Part shown: positions 9,227 to 20,266 of the stretch, piece after piece
How positions within the stretch are numbered: position 1 is the first letter of the stretch
Layout of the letters: the number at the start of each line of letters is the position of its first letter
Assembly: GCA_964016885.1 (NCBI GenBank)
Contig: OZ024742.1
Coordinates: 103,540,001-103,604,000 of the forward strand
Reading direction: 5' to 3'
Length of the DNA: 64,000 nt
Source: Eledone cirrhosa
Taxonomy: Eukaryota
The notes under the pieces: model-generated
The model's database searches: none
What the model saw: only the letters and a program-made list of their open reading frames with translations
What the model was told of the DNA's origin: nothing
Program-made: the position numbers and the translations under genes

Positions 9227-11320
9227 TTACCGTACTTTTGGTAGAGGAGGGATGGTTTTTACATCCCTTTTCACTTGATCGTCTGGTGAAGGGACCGTTG
9301 AATCGTCCCTTCGGCTGGTCGTCGGCTCTTCTAAGAGAATGTCTGAGTATACTCTTCGATTGATGGTTCCTCCTAGGTCCCTGAAATCACCAACTGCGTT
9401 GGGGAATTTCGTTTTAATGTTTGTGTATTGTTTCTGTGCTATTTTTAGCAGTCTTATGTTAGTTGGCGTTTTGATTGGTGCTGGTATTATGTAGTCCTGT
9501 TGTGAAATGTCTGTGTGTTCAATTATGTAAGTCATTAGTTTCTTGTTGTGTGTATTTATTGCCGTGCATTTGTTTTTCTGGGGGTGGGGTGTGGTTCTGC
9601 TATTTTCTTGTCGTTGTTGCTGGGTGTGTGTGTTTTGTTGTTGTGTTTGCGATGTTGGTGCTTGTGGTGGTGGTGTTGAAGGTGTTGTTGGCGGTGGGGT
9701 TGTCGCCGGTGGTGATGGTGGTGCTAGTGTGGGTGGTGATGGTGTTGGTGTTGTTGCTGCTGTGGGTCTCTTTGCAGTAGACTTTACCCTTTTCTCATTT
9801 CTTTCCTCCCTTTTCAAAGGCGACGATGCGCTGCTTCTGCGTTTGTGCCTTCTTGCGACCTTTTGCCATCCCTCTCCCACCTCACACTCCATGTCTGATT
9901 CTGTGAGGTCGGGGAGGGGTACCAGCTCCACTCTTTCACTTGTTGTTGTTGGTGATGTTTGCACTGGAGTCTCTGTTGCAGCTGCATTTGGTATTGCTGT
10001 TGTTGTTGTTAATATTTCCACTGCTGCTGCTGTCTTTGATTTCCGTGGAGTGGGTATGGGTGCCACGGACCTATCGTTCCTGGTTGCCGCTTGTCCTGTT
10101 GCTGGTAGCCGTGGAGCCGGATTCGGAAGGAGGGGGGTTTTCTCCTTTCTCAGGGTCTTCTCGTTGCAGAAGGCCCTGAGGTGAGTCTTCGATCCACAGC
10201 GAAAGCATTTCGGGCGTTTGCCCTCAACACTTATGGGCAGTTGAGTGCCGTTATCGAAGTCTATCACATCCGGGATAGCTTCGATGCACTCCTGGTTGGT
10301 TTGGATTAGCATCTCAATGGAGGAGCCGACCCAATCTTCTCTTACTTTTTTCTGTACTTGCAGTACAGTTGTTTTGTCCTCGATTCCGACGAGGACAGAC
10401 GCGGCCAGCCAAGAAGGGGTCATTCCGGGGGGGACGTGGGTCAGTTTGACCCTCACAATTTTTTGCCCGCAGTAGGAGGGCACCAACACCATTTCCTCGC
10501 TCCTTAGGGTCACTACTGATTGGGCCTTTGCCTCCTGGGGTGTGGCAAAAAGTACGTCTACGGTGGCGTATTTTTTGCCTCGGGTGATGTGCGTTTTCCT
10601 CTGCCACACAGACCCCAAGGCTTTTTGTATTTGGGCCTCTGTGGCTCTTTCCACCCTACGGGATTTTGTACTTACTGTACGGTACGTGACCGTACAGTGC
10701 TCTTGGGTTTCGAAAAAATTTTTCGCTGCCTTGCAGATTGCTCGGTGTCCGTTCTTTGTCACCATCTTCTTCGCTTCCTCTAATTCCTCATTTGTTATGA
10801 GGATTGTTTCCAAGTTTTTCGCAATACCTGCAAATGAGATTGGTTTTTCTCTGCTGTTGTTGTTGTCGTCAGAGCTGCTGGTACTTTTGTTGCTGCAGGT
10901 ACTACGACTACTGCCTCCGCCGCTGTTGCTGTGGTTGTTGTTGGTGTTGCTGCTGCTAATGCTGTTGTTGTTTATGCTGCTGGTGATGCTGTTGCGGCTG
11001 CTACTGTTGTTTTCATTGTCACTGTTGCTGTTGTTATTACGGCTGCTACTGCTATTATTCCTGACGTCAGACGAATGAACTGGGTTTTCGTATTTCCCGC
11101 ACACCTGTTTCGTCGCTGTCGTCGTCGTCGTGGAGAAACCTTGCACGCTTTGCACGAGACTTTTCTTTTCTTTCGTCGCTTGCGAAAGAGAAGGGAGGGA
11201 GAGAGACACATTTAAAGAAGGGAGGGAGAGAGACAATCTTCTCTCTGCTGTAGTGATGATTGAGGAAGAAGGAGACGGAATGAGTGGGAGTGACGTATGA
11301 AATTTCTTTTTGGTAGCCAT
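9227..11320 (-). CDS. ORF1: nucleic-acid chaperone with CCHC zinc knuckle and N/S- and T/P-rich low-complexity segments
   Basis: Open frame of about 700 aa upstream of ORF2 with CFRCGSKTHLRAFC. The first ATG (MATKKK) is at about 11320; the ORF track extends to 11353 from a non-ATG codon. Confidence 0.88.
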   Translation of the reverse strand: MATKKKFHTSLPLIPSPSSSIITTAERRLSLSLPSLNVSLSLPSLSQATKEKKSLVQSVQGFSTTTTTATKQVCGKYENPVHSSDVRNNSSSSRNNNSNSDNENNSSSRNSITSSINNNSISSSNTNNNHSNSGGGSSRSTCSNKSTSSSDDNNNSREKPISFAGIAKNLETILITNEELEEAKKMVTKNGHRAICKAAKNFFETQEHCTVTYRTVSTKSRRVERATEAQIQKALGSVWQRKTHITRGKKYATVDVLFATPQEAKAQSVVTLRSEEMVLVPSYCGQKIVRVKLTHVPPGMTPSWLAASVLVGIEDKTTVLQVQKKVREDWVGSSIEMLIQTNQECIEAIPDVIDFDNGTQLPISVEGKRPKCFRCGSKTHLRAFCNEKTLRKEKTPLLPNPAPRLPATGQAATRNDRSVAPIPTPRKSKTAAAVEILTTTTAIPNAAATETPVQTSPTTTSERVELVPLPDLTESDMECEVGEGWQKVARRHKRRSSASSPLKREERNEKRVKSTAKRPTAATTPTPSPPTLAPPSPPATTPPPTTPSTPPPQAPTSQTQQQNTHTQQQRQENSRTTPHPQKNKCTAINTHNKKLMTYIIEHTDISQQDYIIPAPIKTPTNIRLLKIAQKQYTNIKTKFPNAVGDFRDLGGTINRRVYSDILLEEPTTSRRDDSTVPSPDDQVKRDVKTIPPLPKVR

Positions 11321-11553
11321 GTTTTTTTGTTTAAAATGAAATTTTGGGTACAAAACCCCAATAACTGATTATTCAACCCCGAAGGGCCAAATAACGGACA
11401 GAAAGACCCCTCTCACGAGGAGGAGGGTGTCTTTATCAACAATTTGGTTCAAGTTTTAAACAATTTACAATTGTTTTAACGGTTAAAAATTACTATACCT
11501 TACAGAGCCGAGCCTCCGTCAACCATGGCATTCAATAATAATAATAATAATAA

Positions 11554-14500
11554 CCACGCAATGCTCACATTAAGGAACCACTCATGATAATAACAATTTA
11601 AAAAAAAAAAAAAACAAACAAAAAAAACAACAAAAAGAAAACCCCGTGACCAAGAAATACCGGGATGGCGGCCGGCGGGGAATAGCCATGTCTCTAGGGG
11701 AGAACGACCCCTCTAGTCTTGGTTGACACTCGTTCTAGAAGTGGTAACACGAAAAGATTACCCCTTGGCGGATAAGGATAAAACGCGACAAAATAAAGTA
11801 GATGTCTAATGATGAAATCTCATACCGGATCGGCCGTCACCCGGGTAAAAAAGGGCCGCGTCCCTCAGAGAGGAACCAGACTGGGGTCGAAAAATCAGCT
11901 AATGGTTCAAACCTTCCCATCACTCCGGAGCTGGAGACCTCCCATAACCGGAATACTCCTACTGTTGGCCCTCCATGCTCACCACCAAGAAATCCAAAGA
12001 AAAAGAGAGAAAAATGGTCAAGGGAAGATAATAAAGAAGTCCTTGAGGCTTTCTACACTGCCATGTACTACCCATCAAATACATCGAATACAGAGCAAAC
12101 ATATATCAACTGGAAAAAGAAACATCCCGAAAACAGAGACTATATTGACAGTAACAAACTAGCCAATATACGAAGAAATATTGTAAGAAAAAAGTTACTA
12201 ACTGATATAGAAATTGATCAGATCAAGCTAGTAGCACAAAGTCAGCGAAGGGAAAATGAAGCATGTGTCAGTGAAAACGAGGTAAACTGTAACACTTCGA
12301 ATCCCAGAGTTGGGGCGGAATCACTGGCAACAGAACAAATTAAAGAAAGGAGCGAAAAAGTGGAGGGAGTGCATGCTCAGGATGAAACTCCAAATGAAAA
12401 TAATGAGATCGTAAATGATAAAGAAATGAATGAGAATGAACTTGCCAACTTGAAGGATGAAATTATGATCGAATGGATGAAAATGAAAGAATCTGACATG
12501 GGGGAACGAGACACCCTCCCTAAGATCCAGAACTCCAAACAGAACCAAAAGATAATACACAAGACTAACATAATTCTCAAAAACATTATCATCACAAACA
12601 AACTAAACATTACTGACTTAAATCATCTCTATTATGCATCGGCTAAAGTCACCACTCACTTATGTGGAGTGAAGATGAAAAAACAAAGGAATTCCCACAA
12701 GAAATCTACTTGGCAAGATAACATCAATCGCCAAATAAACCTTCTCCGATCTGACATAGAAATTTTAACAAACTATAAAGTAGGTGAACATGTTAAACAA
12801 ACTAAACTTAGAAAATTGAAAAAAAAGTACAGTATAAGATCAACATGTGACATAGACATGCTGATAGAAACAATCAAGCAAAAAGTGTCGGCCAAAGCTG
12901 CTCGTATAAGGCGCTTTGAAAAACGATCTAGATTCTATAAGGACAATAATATGTTCAAAAACAACCAAAGAAACTTCTACAGAAAAATTGGTAAGTCAAC
13001 AATAACTGCTAAATCAATACCACCCAAGGAGGAAGTGCAAGAATTCTGGGAAAAGATCTGGGCCGAAGAAAAAGTTCATAACATACATGCCCCATGGATA
13101 GACAGACAAATGAAAGAAACAGCTCACCTTGAAGAACAAACATGGGAAAATATAACAGTTGAACAGCTGCGCTTGGCTCTAAGAAAAACCAGCAAATGGA
13201 AATCCCCAGGAAAAGACAAAATACAAAACTTTTGGATAAATGCCTTCACAGAGTCTCATGAGCTGTTAGCCCAACTTTACAATGAAATAGTTAAGGAGCC
13301 AGAAAAGATACCATCATGGCTAGTTAACGGCATTACATTCCTGCTACCGAAGAATGATGAGACAAACAATCCCCAAAATTACAGACCGATAACCTGCTTG
13401 ACCACAATGTATAAAATTTTAACATCAGTCCTAACTGAATACACATATGACCACCTGATAACAAATGACCTATTTCCCATTGAGCAGAAAGGGTGTAAAC
13501 GAGGCTCATATGGCTGTAAGGATCAGCTTCTGGTTAACAAAATGATACTGGAAGATTGTCATAATAGACACAAAAATCTATCGATTGCTTGGATAGATTA
13601 TAAAAAAGCATTTGATAGTTTGCCACACAGTTGGATTGAAAAATGTTTAGAGATTTTCAAAATATCCCCCGTTGTCAGGAGGTTTTTGTCATTCAGTATG
13701 AGGACATGGAGAACGACACTCCTTTTGAATAGTGAAACAAAATCACTGGAAGCTGGAGAAGTTAACATTAATTGTGGAATTTTTCAGGGTGACTCTTTAT
13801 CACCGCTTTTATTCTGCATCGCACTTATACCATTAAGTAAAATGCTCAATGAAACAAAACATGGATATAGAGTCTATGACAAAACCATTAATCACCTGTT
13901 CTACATGGATGACCTGAAACTATTTGCAAAAAATGATGAACAATTGCAAGGGCTATTATCCACTGTGAAGCAGTTCAGTGATGACATTAAAATGGAGTTT
14001 GGACTGGATAAATGCGCCAAAGCAACGTTCACCAGAGGAAAGCTGCTGAAGAGTTCAGACATTAATCTTGATCGGGGGAACGTGATAAGAGAGCTTGATC
14101 AAGAACAAACTTACAAATATCTAGGTGTTTGTGAAGGAGACGGAATCAAGCACTCGACAATGAGGGAAAGGATAAGGAAGGAATGTTACCGCAGAGTCAG
14201 AGCAATCTTAAGAACGGAATTGAATGCAAGGAATAGGATCGATGCCATAAACACGCTTGCCATACCAGTAGTAACCTACAGTTACAATGTCATCAACTGG
14301 TCAAGCACAGAGATCCGTAGGCTCGATACAAAAATCCGAAAATTCTTAACCATGCACAGAATGCATCACCCTAAGGCAGACATAGATAGAATATATCTCC
14401 CTAGGAAAGAAGGCGGACGTGGGTTAATCCAGTTAGACATTGCGTTGAAAACTGCAACAATTGGATTATCCACATATCTAAGGGAATCACATGATTGGAT

Positions 14501-15615
14501 GATCAAACTCGTTTTGAAACACGAAAGCACCAAAAGATCATATTCCATTACAAAAGATGCACAAAGATACAGTAATGGACTACAAATTTCAGAAGTCCCA
14601 TTTACTGCTGAAATGGAAAACACAGAAAAAGCAAAGCAGGTAAAAGTAACTGCAAAGAAAGAACTGCTACAGAAACTGGCTAAGAATTGGCAAGAAAAGC
14701 CTCTGTATGGAAAATACCCAGAGCGAGCTAACAATCCTGATGTTGACAAAACTTTAACCCATCAGTGGTTGGCATCCTCTGGACTGAAATCGGAGACTGA
14801 AGGACTGATTATATCCGCACAAGATCAGTGTCTGCCAACAAAAAATTACCAAGCCAACATAATAAAAAATGGGTGCAGCCCATTATGCCGTGTATGCAAA
14901 AAACAACCAGAGACCATTGACCATATAATTTCAATGTGCAGTCCTATAGCTCCAACCGAATACCTAAACAGGCATGACAGAGCTGCACAATACATACATT
15001 GGATAATGTGTAAGCATTTTGACCTGCCCCATCAAAAGAATTGGTGGGAGCATCAACCACCTCCCATAATTGAAAAAGATCACATCTCAATCTTGTGGAA
15101 CTTTAGCATCCAAACAGACCGAAAAATAGATGCAAATAGACCTGATATAATATTGAAGGACTTTCAAAGGAGGGTATGCCTGCTAATTGATATGTCTGTT
15201 CCAATAGACAAGAATGTATCTATAAAAACATTTGAAAAATTGAGCAAGTATAAGGACCTGGAGATAGAAATTGGAAAAATGTGGAAATTGAGAACTAAAA
15301 CAATACCAGTGGTTGTAGGCGCTCTGGGAATGATACCTAAGGGGTCTAACGACTACTTATCGCAAATCCCAGGAAACCCGCGTATAGGACAAATACAAAA
15401 GATAGTACTAATGGGAACTGCCCATATACTAAGGAAGATCCTGTCAATATAAGTACATCACAAGTCTAAACACTAAGGATGCATGTGTGAATATGTGTGT
15501 TCTTTCTTGAACATGGCGGACCTTGTTGTCTCTTGAGGTCACTGGTTGTGACTTGGTGATAACTCGTATAAACATAAAGCAAGATAAATGCAAATAATAA
15601 TAATAATAATAATAA
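11554..15615 (+). mobile_element. Full-length R4/Dong-clade RLE retrotransposon
   Basis: Single long ORF, about 250 bp 5' UTR, short 3' UTR, (TAA)n at both flanks. Confidence 0.92.
11802..15452 (+). CDS. RT + CCHC zinc finger + restriction-like endonuclease (1216 aa)
   Basis: WKSPGKD, YRPITCL, IDYKKAFDS, QGDSLSP, YMDD, CRVC..ETIDHIISMC, RHD, RPDII..D, K..KY. No APE domain. Confidence 0.96.
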   Translation: MSNDEISYRIGRHPGKKGPRPSERNQTGVEKSANGSNLPITPELETSHNRNTPTVGPPCSPPRNPKKKREKWSREDNKEVLEAFYTAMYYPSNTSNTEQTYINWKKKHPENRDYIDSNKLANIRRNIVRKKLLTDIEIDQIKLVAQSQRRENEACVSENEVNCNTSNPRVGAESLATEQIKERSEKVEGVHAQDETPNENNEIVNDKEMNENELANLKDEIMIEWMKMKESDMGERDTLPKIQNSKQNQKIIHKTNIILKNIIITNKLNITDLNHLYYASAKVTTHLCGVKMKKQRNSHKKSTWQDNINRQINLLRSDIEILTNYKVGEHVKQTKLRKLKKKYSIRSTCDIDMLIETIKQKVSAKAARIRRFEKRSRFYKDNNMFKNNQRNFYRKIGKSTITAKSIPPKEEVQEFWEKIWAEEKVHNIHAPWIDRQMKETAHLEEQTWENITVEQLRLALRKTSKWKSPGKDKIQNFWINAFTESHELLAQLYNEIVKEPEKIPSWLVNGITFLLPKNDETNNPQNYRPITCLTTMYKILTSVLTEYTYDHLITNDLFPIEQKGCKRGSYGCKDQLLVNKMILEDCHNRHKNLSIAWIDYKKAFDSLPHSWIEKCLEIFKISPVVRRFLSFSMRTWRTTLLLNSETKSLEAGEVNINCGIFQGDSLSPLLFCIALIPLSKMLNETKHGYRVYDKTINHLFYMDDLKLFAKNDEQLQGLLSTVKQFSDDIKMEFGLDKCAKATFTRGKLLKSSDINLDRGNVIRELDQEQTYKYLGVCEGDGIKHSTMRERIRKECYRRVRAILRTELNARNRIDAINTLAIPVVTYSYNVINWSSTEIRRLDTKIRKFLTMHRMHHPKADIDRIYLPRKEGGRGLIQLDIALKTATIGLSTYLRESHDWMIKLVLKHESTKRSYSITKDAQRYSNGLQISEVPFTAEMENTEKAKQVKVTAKKELLQKLAKNWQEKPLYGKYPERANNPDVDKTLTHQWLASSGLKSETEGLIISAQDQCLPTKNYQANIIKNGCSPLCRVCKKQPETIDHIISMCSPIAPTEYLNRHDRAAQYIHWIMCKHFDLPHQKNWWEHQPPPIIEKDHISILWNFSIQTDRKIDANRPDIILKDFQRRVCLLIDMSVPIDKNVSIKTFEKLSKYKDLEIEIGKMWKLRTKTIPVVVGALGMIPKGSNDYLSQIPGNPRIGQIQKIVLMGTAHILRKILSI

Positions 15616-17544
15616 CAGAAAGGATGCCGAAAGAAATCCCGTGGTACAAAGGACCAGTTACTTATTGATAAGATGGTAATGAGGAATTGCAAGAGGAGAC
15701 ACACTGGTCTTGCCATGGGATGGATAGATTACAAAAAAGGCATTCGACATGGTACCTCATTCTTGGATAACCAAAAGCCTAGAGATCTTCAAGGTGGCAG
15801 ATAACATCAGACAGTTGTTGAGCAAAAGTATGAAATCCTGGGAAACAGAGTTAACATCGGGTGGAGAATCCTTGGGAAGCGTGAAGATCAAGAGAGGTAT
15901 CTTCCAGGGAGATAGTTTGTCCCCCCCTGTTGTTTGTCCTTGCCCTGATACCCCTGACCATTATACTGCGAAAAGTGAGAGCAGGATACAAGTTGGGAAA
16001 AGGAGAGCTTACCATCAACCACCTCCTCTTCATGGACGATCTTAAACTCTTTGGGAAGAGTGAGAAGGAGTTGGATGTACTTGTTGACACTGTCCGTATT
16101 TTCAGCAGTGATATATGTATGCAATTTGGTATTAATAAGTATGGAGTCCTAGTGATGAAGAGGGGTAAATTGAGCAGAAGCAACGGAATCCAGGTACCAA
16201 CAGGTGAGATGATAAAGAAATTGACACTGAAGAAGGATACAAATATTTAGGTGTTCTGGAGGCAGATGACATCAATAACAAAAAAATGAAGGAATTGATA
16301 AGATCTGAGTACATTAGGAGAGTAAGGAGCGTATTAAAATCACATCTAAACAGTAGGAATGCCATAAGTGCAGTAAATTTCCGAGCTGTGTCTATTATTA
16401 GGTACAGTGCGGGAATTCTGAAATGGAATGTTGCTGAACAAAAAGAAATGGATAGGAAGACTAGGAAGCTATTGACTATCTATAACATGTTCCACAAGAG
16501 GAGTGATGTCGATAGACTCTACTTAAAGAGATCTGAAGGTGGAAGAGGTCTTATCAGCATAGAGGACTGTGTTCAGATGGAGAAAAACAACCTACACAAA
16601 TACATGACTGACAGTAGGGAGCCAATGCTCAGAATTGTACTGAAGGAGAGGACAATAGACCAGGGGATGTCCAAGTAGGAAATAACAACAAGGAGAAAGA
16701 GCAACCTTCATGAAAAATCCCTTCATAGTACCTTCTTTAAGAAAACTGAATTTAGAGATCCACAGACATAGAAGTGGTTAAAAAGAGGAGACCTTAAAAA
16801 GGCTACAGAAGGAATGCTAATGGCTGCGCAAGAGCAGGCCCTCAGAACGAAGTGGGTGAAACACCATATTTACAAGGAGGAAGCTAGCCCACTGTGTAGG
16901 ATCTGTGGAGAGAGAGAGGAGACTGTGGCTCACATTGTATCCGAGTGTAAACACCTAGCCCAGACTCACTATAAAGGCTGGAGACATGATGTGATGGGCA
17001 GGATGATCCACTAGCACCTATGCAAAGTAAACAATTTACCACATTCTGAGAAGTGGTATGAGCATAAGCCAGAGTCGGTGATAGAAAACGATCAGGTGAA
17101 GGTGCTATGGGATTTTAGGATACAGACAGACAAGAACCTGGAACAAAATAGGCCTGACCTGGTGGTTTTGGACAAGGAAAAAAGATTGTGCCTGATTGTA
17201 GATGTAGCCTGCCCATTTGACACAAGAGTGCAAGAAAAGGAGAGAGAGAAAATTAACCGATACCAGGACTTAAAGTGGCAGGTAAAAAGGATTTGGAACT
17301 GCCATGAAGTCAGAGTCGTCCCGATTGTCATAGGCGCACTAGGTACTATCTCAAAGAGTTTCCAAGGATGGTTAAAGAAAATTAGTCCAGCCCCGCTTTT
17401 TGGAACACTTCAAAAGGCATCCTTGCTGGGAACAGTAAGAACCCTCCAATACATCCTGAATATCTGAGGCTGCAGGTAGCGGCTTGATATTCATTTCAAC
17501 AAACTTTCCAGTTAAATAACATCAATGACTGAGACTCAAAGAAC

Positions 17545-17589
<45 letters not shown>

Positions 17590-17590
17590 T
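15616..17590 (+). mobile_element. 5'-truncated, decayed R4/Dong-type LINE of a second family
   Basis: Begins mid-RT ([15 protein letters not shown]). GIFQGDSLS, FMDD, CRIC..ETVAHIVSEC and RPDLVV occur in broken frames. Ends in (AAT)n. Nucleotide sequence clearly differs from the adjacent Dong. Confidence 0.9.
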
Positions 17591-17845
17591 ATTAATCAGG
17601 TTTACATCCACATTTCAATGCTGGTATATATTGGGTGGAACTTTTTGAGGCAATGTTATACAGCTAAATGCTCTTCCTGCACCAACCCTTTCACATATGC
17701 AGGGATAAAGTATACCTATACAAAATTGATTTTTTTTATTATTGTCTCAAGGGGGAAGGGTGAGAGGAGATTATAGAGAAACATTACAAAAGATTTATGG
17801 GTTTATACTAATAAACAATTGGGAGGGGTATAATAAATGTTTTAC

Positions 17846-17937
17846 CTGGCCCCAATCATGTTTCCACATAATATTTCCAGTCAGCTTTCCCACTTTGTCT
17901 TCTTCCTTCATATTACTGTGATAAGTATAATCATGGC
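17846..17937 (-). CDS. LLTP exon 19 (HDYTYHSNMKEEDKVGKLTGNIMWKHDWGQ)
   Basis: TTTTTTATTACAG acceptor, GTAAAA donor, phase 1-0. Confidence 0.78.
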
Positions 17938-20230
17938 CTGTAATAAAAAATGTTTAAGATAATAAGTAATCTCTCTCTCTCTCTCACTGTCTCTCATATG
18001 CTTCCAAACCTGGAAGCTTGGCCTAGAAACAAAGGACCTTAAAATCAACCTGACAAAGTCTAAGGTCCTAGTAAGTAGAAGGGAAAACAGATCTACGATC
18101 CGCTTGGGAAAATGGTCTTGCTCAGTGTGTAGGAAAGGTGTAGGCAGAAATTCCATTCACTGTCACAAATGCAAACTATGGGTAGACAAGAGATGTAGTG
18201 GGATCTCCAGTAGTTTAACTAAGAACATAGGTTTTACATGTAGCCATTGCACTGGAGCAGTAAATAGCAAATGAGCACAGGAAACAAGCACTATCAAATT
18301 TTGGGAAGGTTCAGTAGAAGTGGTATACTGCTGCTAATTTGGTCACCTAGGTAGTAGAAGCTGAGGTGGGTGTTCTGAAATTACAGTAGCTAGTGTGAGG
18401 ATGGGATGGAAGAAGTTCAGGGAGCTATTACTACTGCTAGCTACAAAAGGCTTTTCATCCAAAATGAAAGGTAGATTGTATGATGCATGTATATGAGCAG
18501 CAATGTTGCCTGGTAGTGAGGCCTGGGCACTGTGCACAGAAGACTTGTGAAGATTGGAAAGAAATGAAGCTTGCAAGCTTCGATGGATGTGTAATAATAA
18601 TATACATGAATGAAAAGCATAAACGAGCTAAGAAAGTAACTAGGTATAAGGGGAATCAGATGCAGTGTACAGGAGAGGAGATTGCATTGGTATGGGCATG
18701 TGATGCATATGAAGAATGACAGCTGTATAAAAAGGTTCAGAGCACTCAAAGTCGATGGAAGCCTTGGAGTGGGAGACCCAGGAAGACTTGGGAATGAGAT
18801 GATAAAAGCTGACCTTGCACATTTCACCACTCAAAGACAATGATACAGGACTAAGATCATTGTCATTATGCAGTAATACAGAAGACACGGCTTCCCAAGA
18901 GCACAGGCTGAAGCTGAAGCATACATATATATAGTATGTATCACCCCACCCACTCTCCCATATATCTCCCATGAGAAGAGGCTGAAGCATACATCTGGTG
19001 AAGCCTCCAGCCACACTGTAACGTGGTTGTGATGGCAACATAAAAGGTGCCCAGCCCACAATGTACAGTGGACGTGTAGGTGTCACAACAAAAAGCACCC
19101 AGTCCACACTGTACAGTGGTCGTGTAGGTGTCATGACAAAAAGCACCCAGTCCACACTGTACAGTGGACGTGTAGGTGTCACAACAAAAAGCACCCAGTC
19201 CACACTGTTCAGTGGTCGTGTAGGTGTCATGACAAAAAGCACCCAGTCCACACTGTACAGTGGACGTGTAGGTGTCGCGACAAAAAGCACCCAGTCCACA
19301 CTGTACAGTGGTCGTGTAGGTGTCGCGACAAAAAGCACCCAGTCCACACTGTACAGTGGTCGTGTAGGTGTCATGACAAAAAGCACCCAGTCCACACTGT
19401 ACAGTGGTCGTGTAGGTGTCGCGACAAAAAGCACCCAGTCCACACTGTACAGTGGTCGTGTAGGTGTCTCGACAAAAAGCACCCAGTCCACACTGTACAG
19501 TGGTCGTGTAGGTGTCGCAACAAAAAGCACCCAGTCCACACTGTACAGTGGTCGTGTAGGTGTCGCGACAAAAAGCACCCAGTCCACACTGTACAGTGGT
19601 TGTGTAGGTGTCATGACAAAAAGCACCCAGTCCACACTGTACAGTGGTCGTGTAGGTGTCATGACAAAAAGCACCTAGTACTAACTGTAAAGTGGTTGTG
19701 TAGGTGTCGCGACAAAAAGCACCCAGTACTAACTGTAAATGAGATTGGTGTTAGGAAGGGCATCCAGCTGTAGAAACTAAGCCCAAATCAGTTCTGTATA
19801 TACAAGACATGGTCACCTGACCTCGACTTGCTCACAACAGGACAACTCATCAAACACATGCTAACATGGAATAATGGACGTTAAATGGTTATGATGCAGA
19901 AGGTAGTGATTATCATCATCATCATCGTTAAACGTCTATCTTCCACGCTAGCATGGGCTTAGACGGGAATTGTCCCACTTGAGGCAAGAGTGGTTGTCTT
20001 GCTCACATAGGACTGTCTGGCGGGTTTTTTACGGCTGGATGCCCTTCCCAACTCCAACCACGTTTACAGTGTGGACTGGGAGGTTTTTACCGTGTTACCT
20101 ACACGGCCACATTACAGCATGGACTGTCTGTTTTTTTTGTCGTGATACCTCATTTATTTAGGACTGGATGTTGTGGTACCAACATAACTTTACATCGAAA
20201 GGGGTTGGTGTGGATGGGGTGGGGGTAGAT

Positions 20231-20266
<36 letters not shown>

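Larger units (their letters stand above)
5512..11533 (-). mobile_element. Full-length L1/Tx1-clade non-LTR retrotransposon with two intact ORFs
   Basis: ORF1 and ORF2 in tandem, AATAAA near the 3' end, (TTA)n repeats on both sides. Confidence 0.93.

Noticed and set aside
18640-19678. 344-aa and 205-aa repetitive ORFs
   Set aside because: By-products of a stop-free 48-bp repeat.
19061-19740. CRISPR-like regular repeats
   Set aside because: Units are head to tail with no unique spacers, there are no cas genes, and the unit derives from an RTE 3' UTR.
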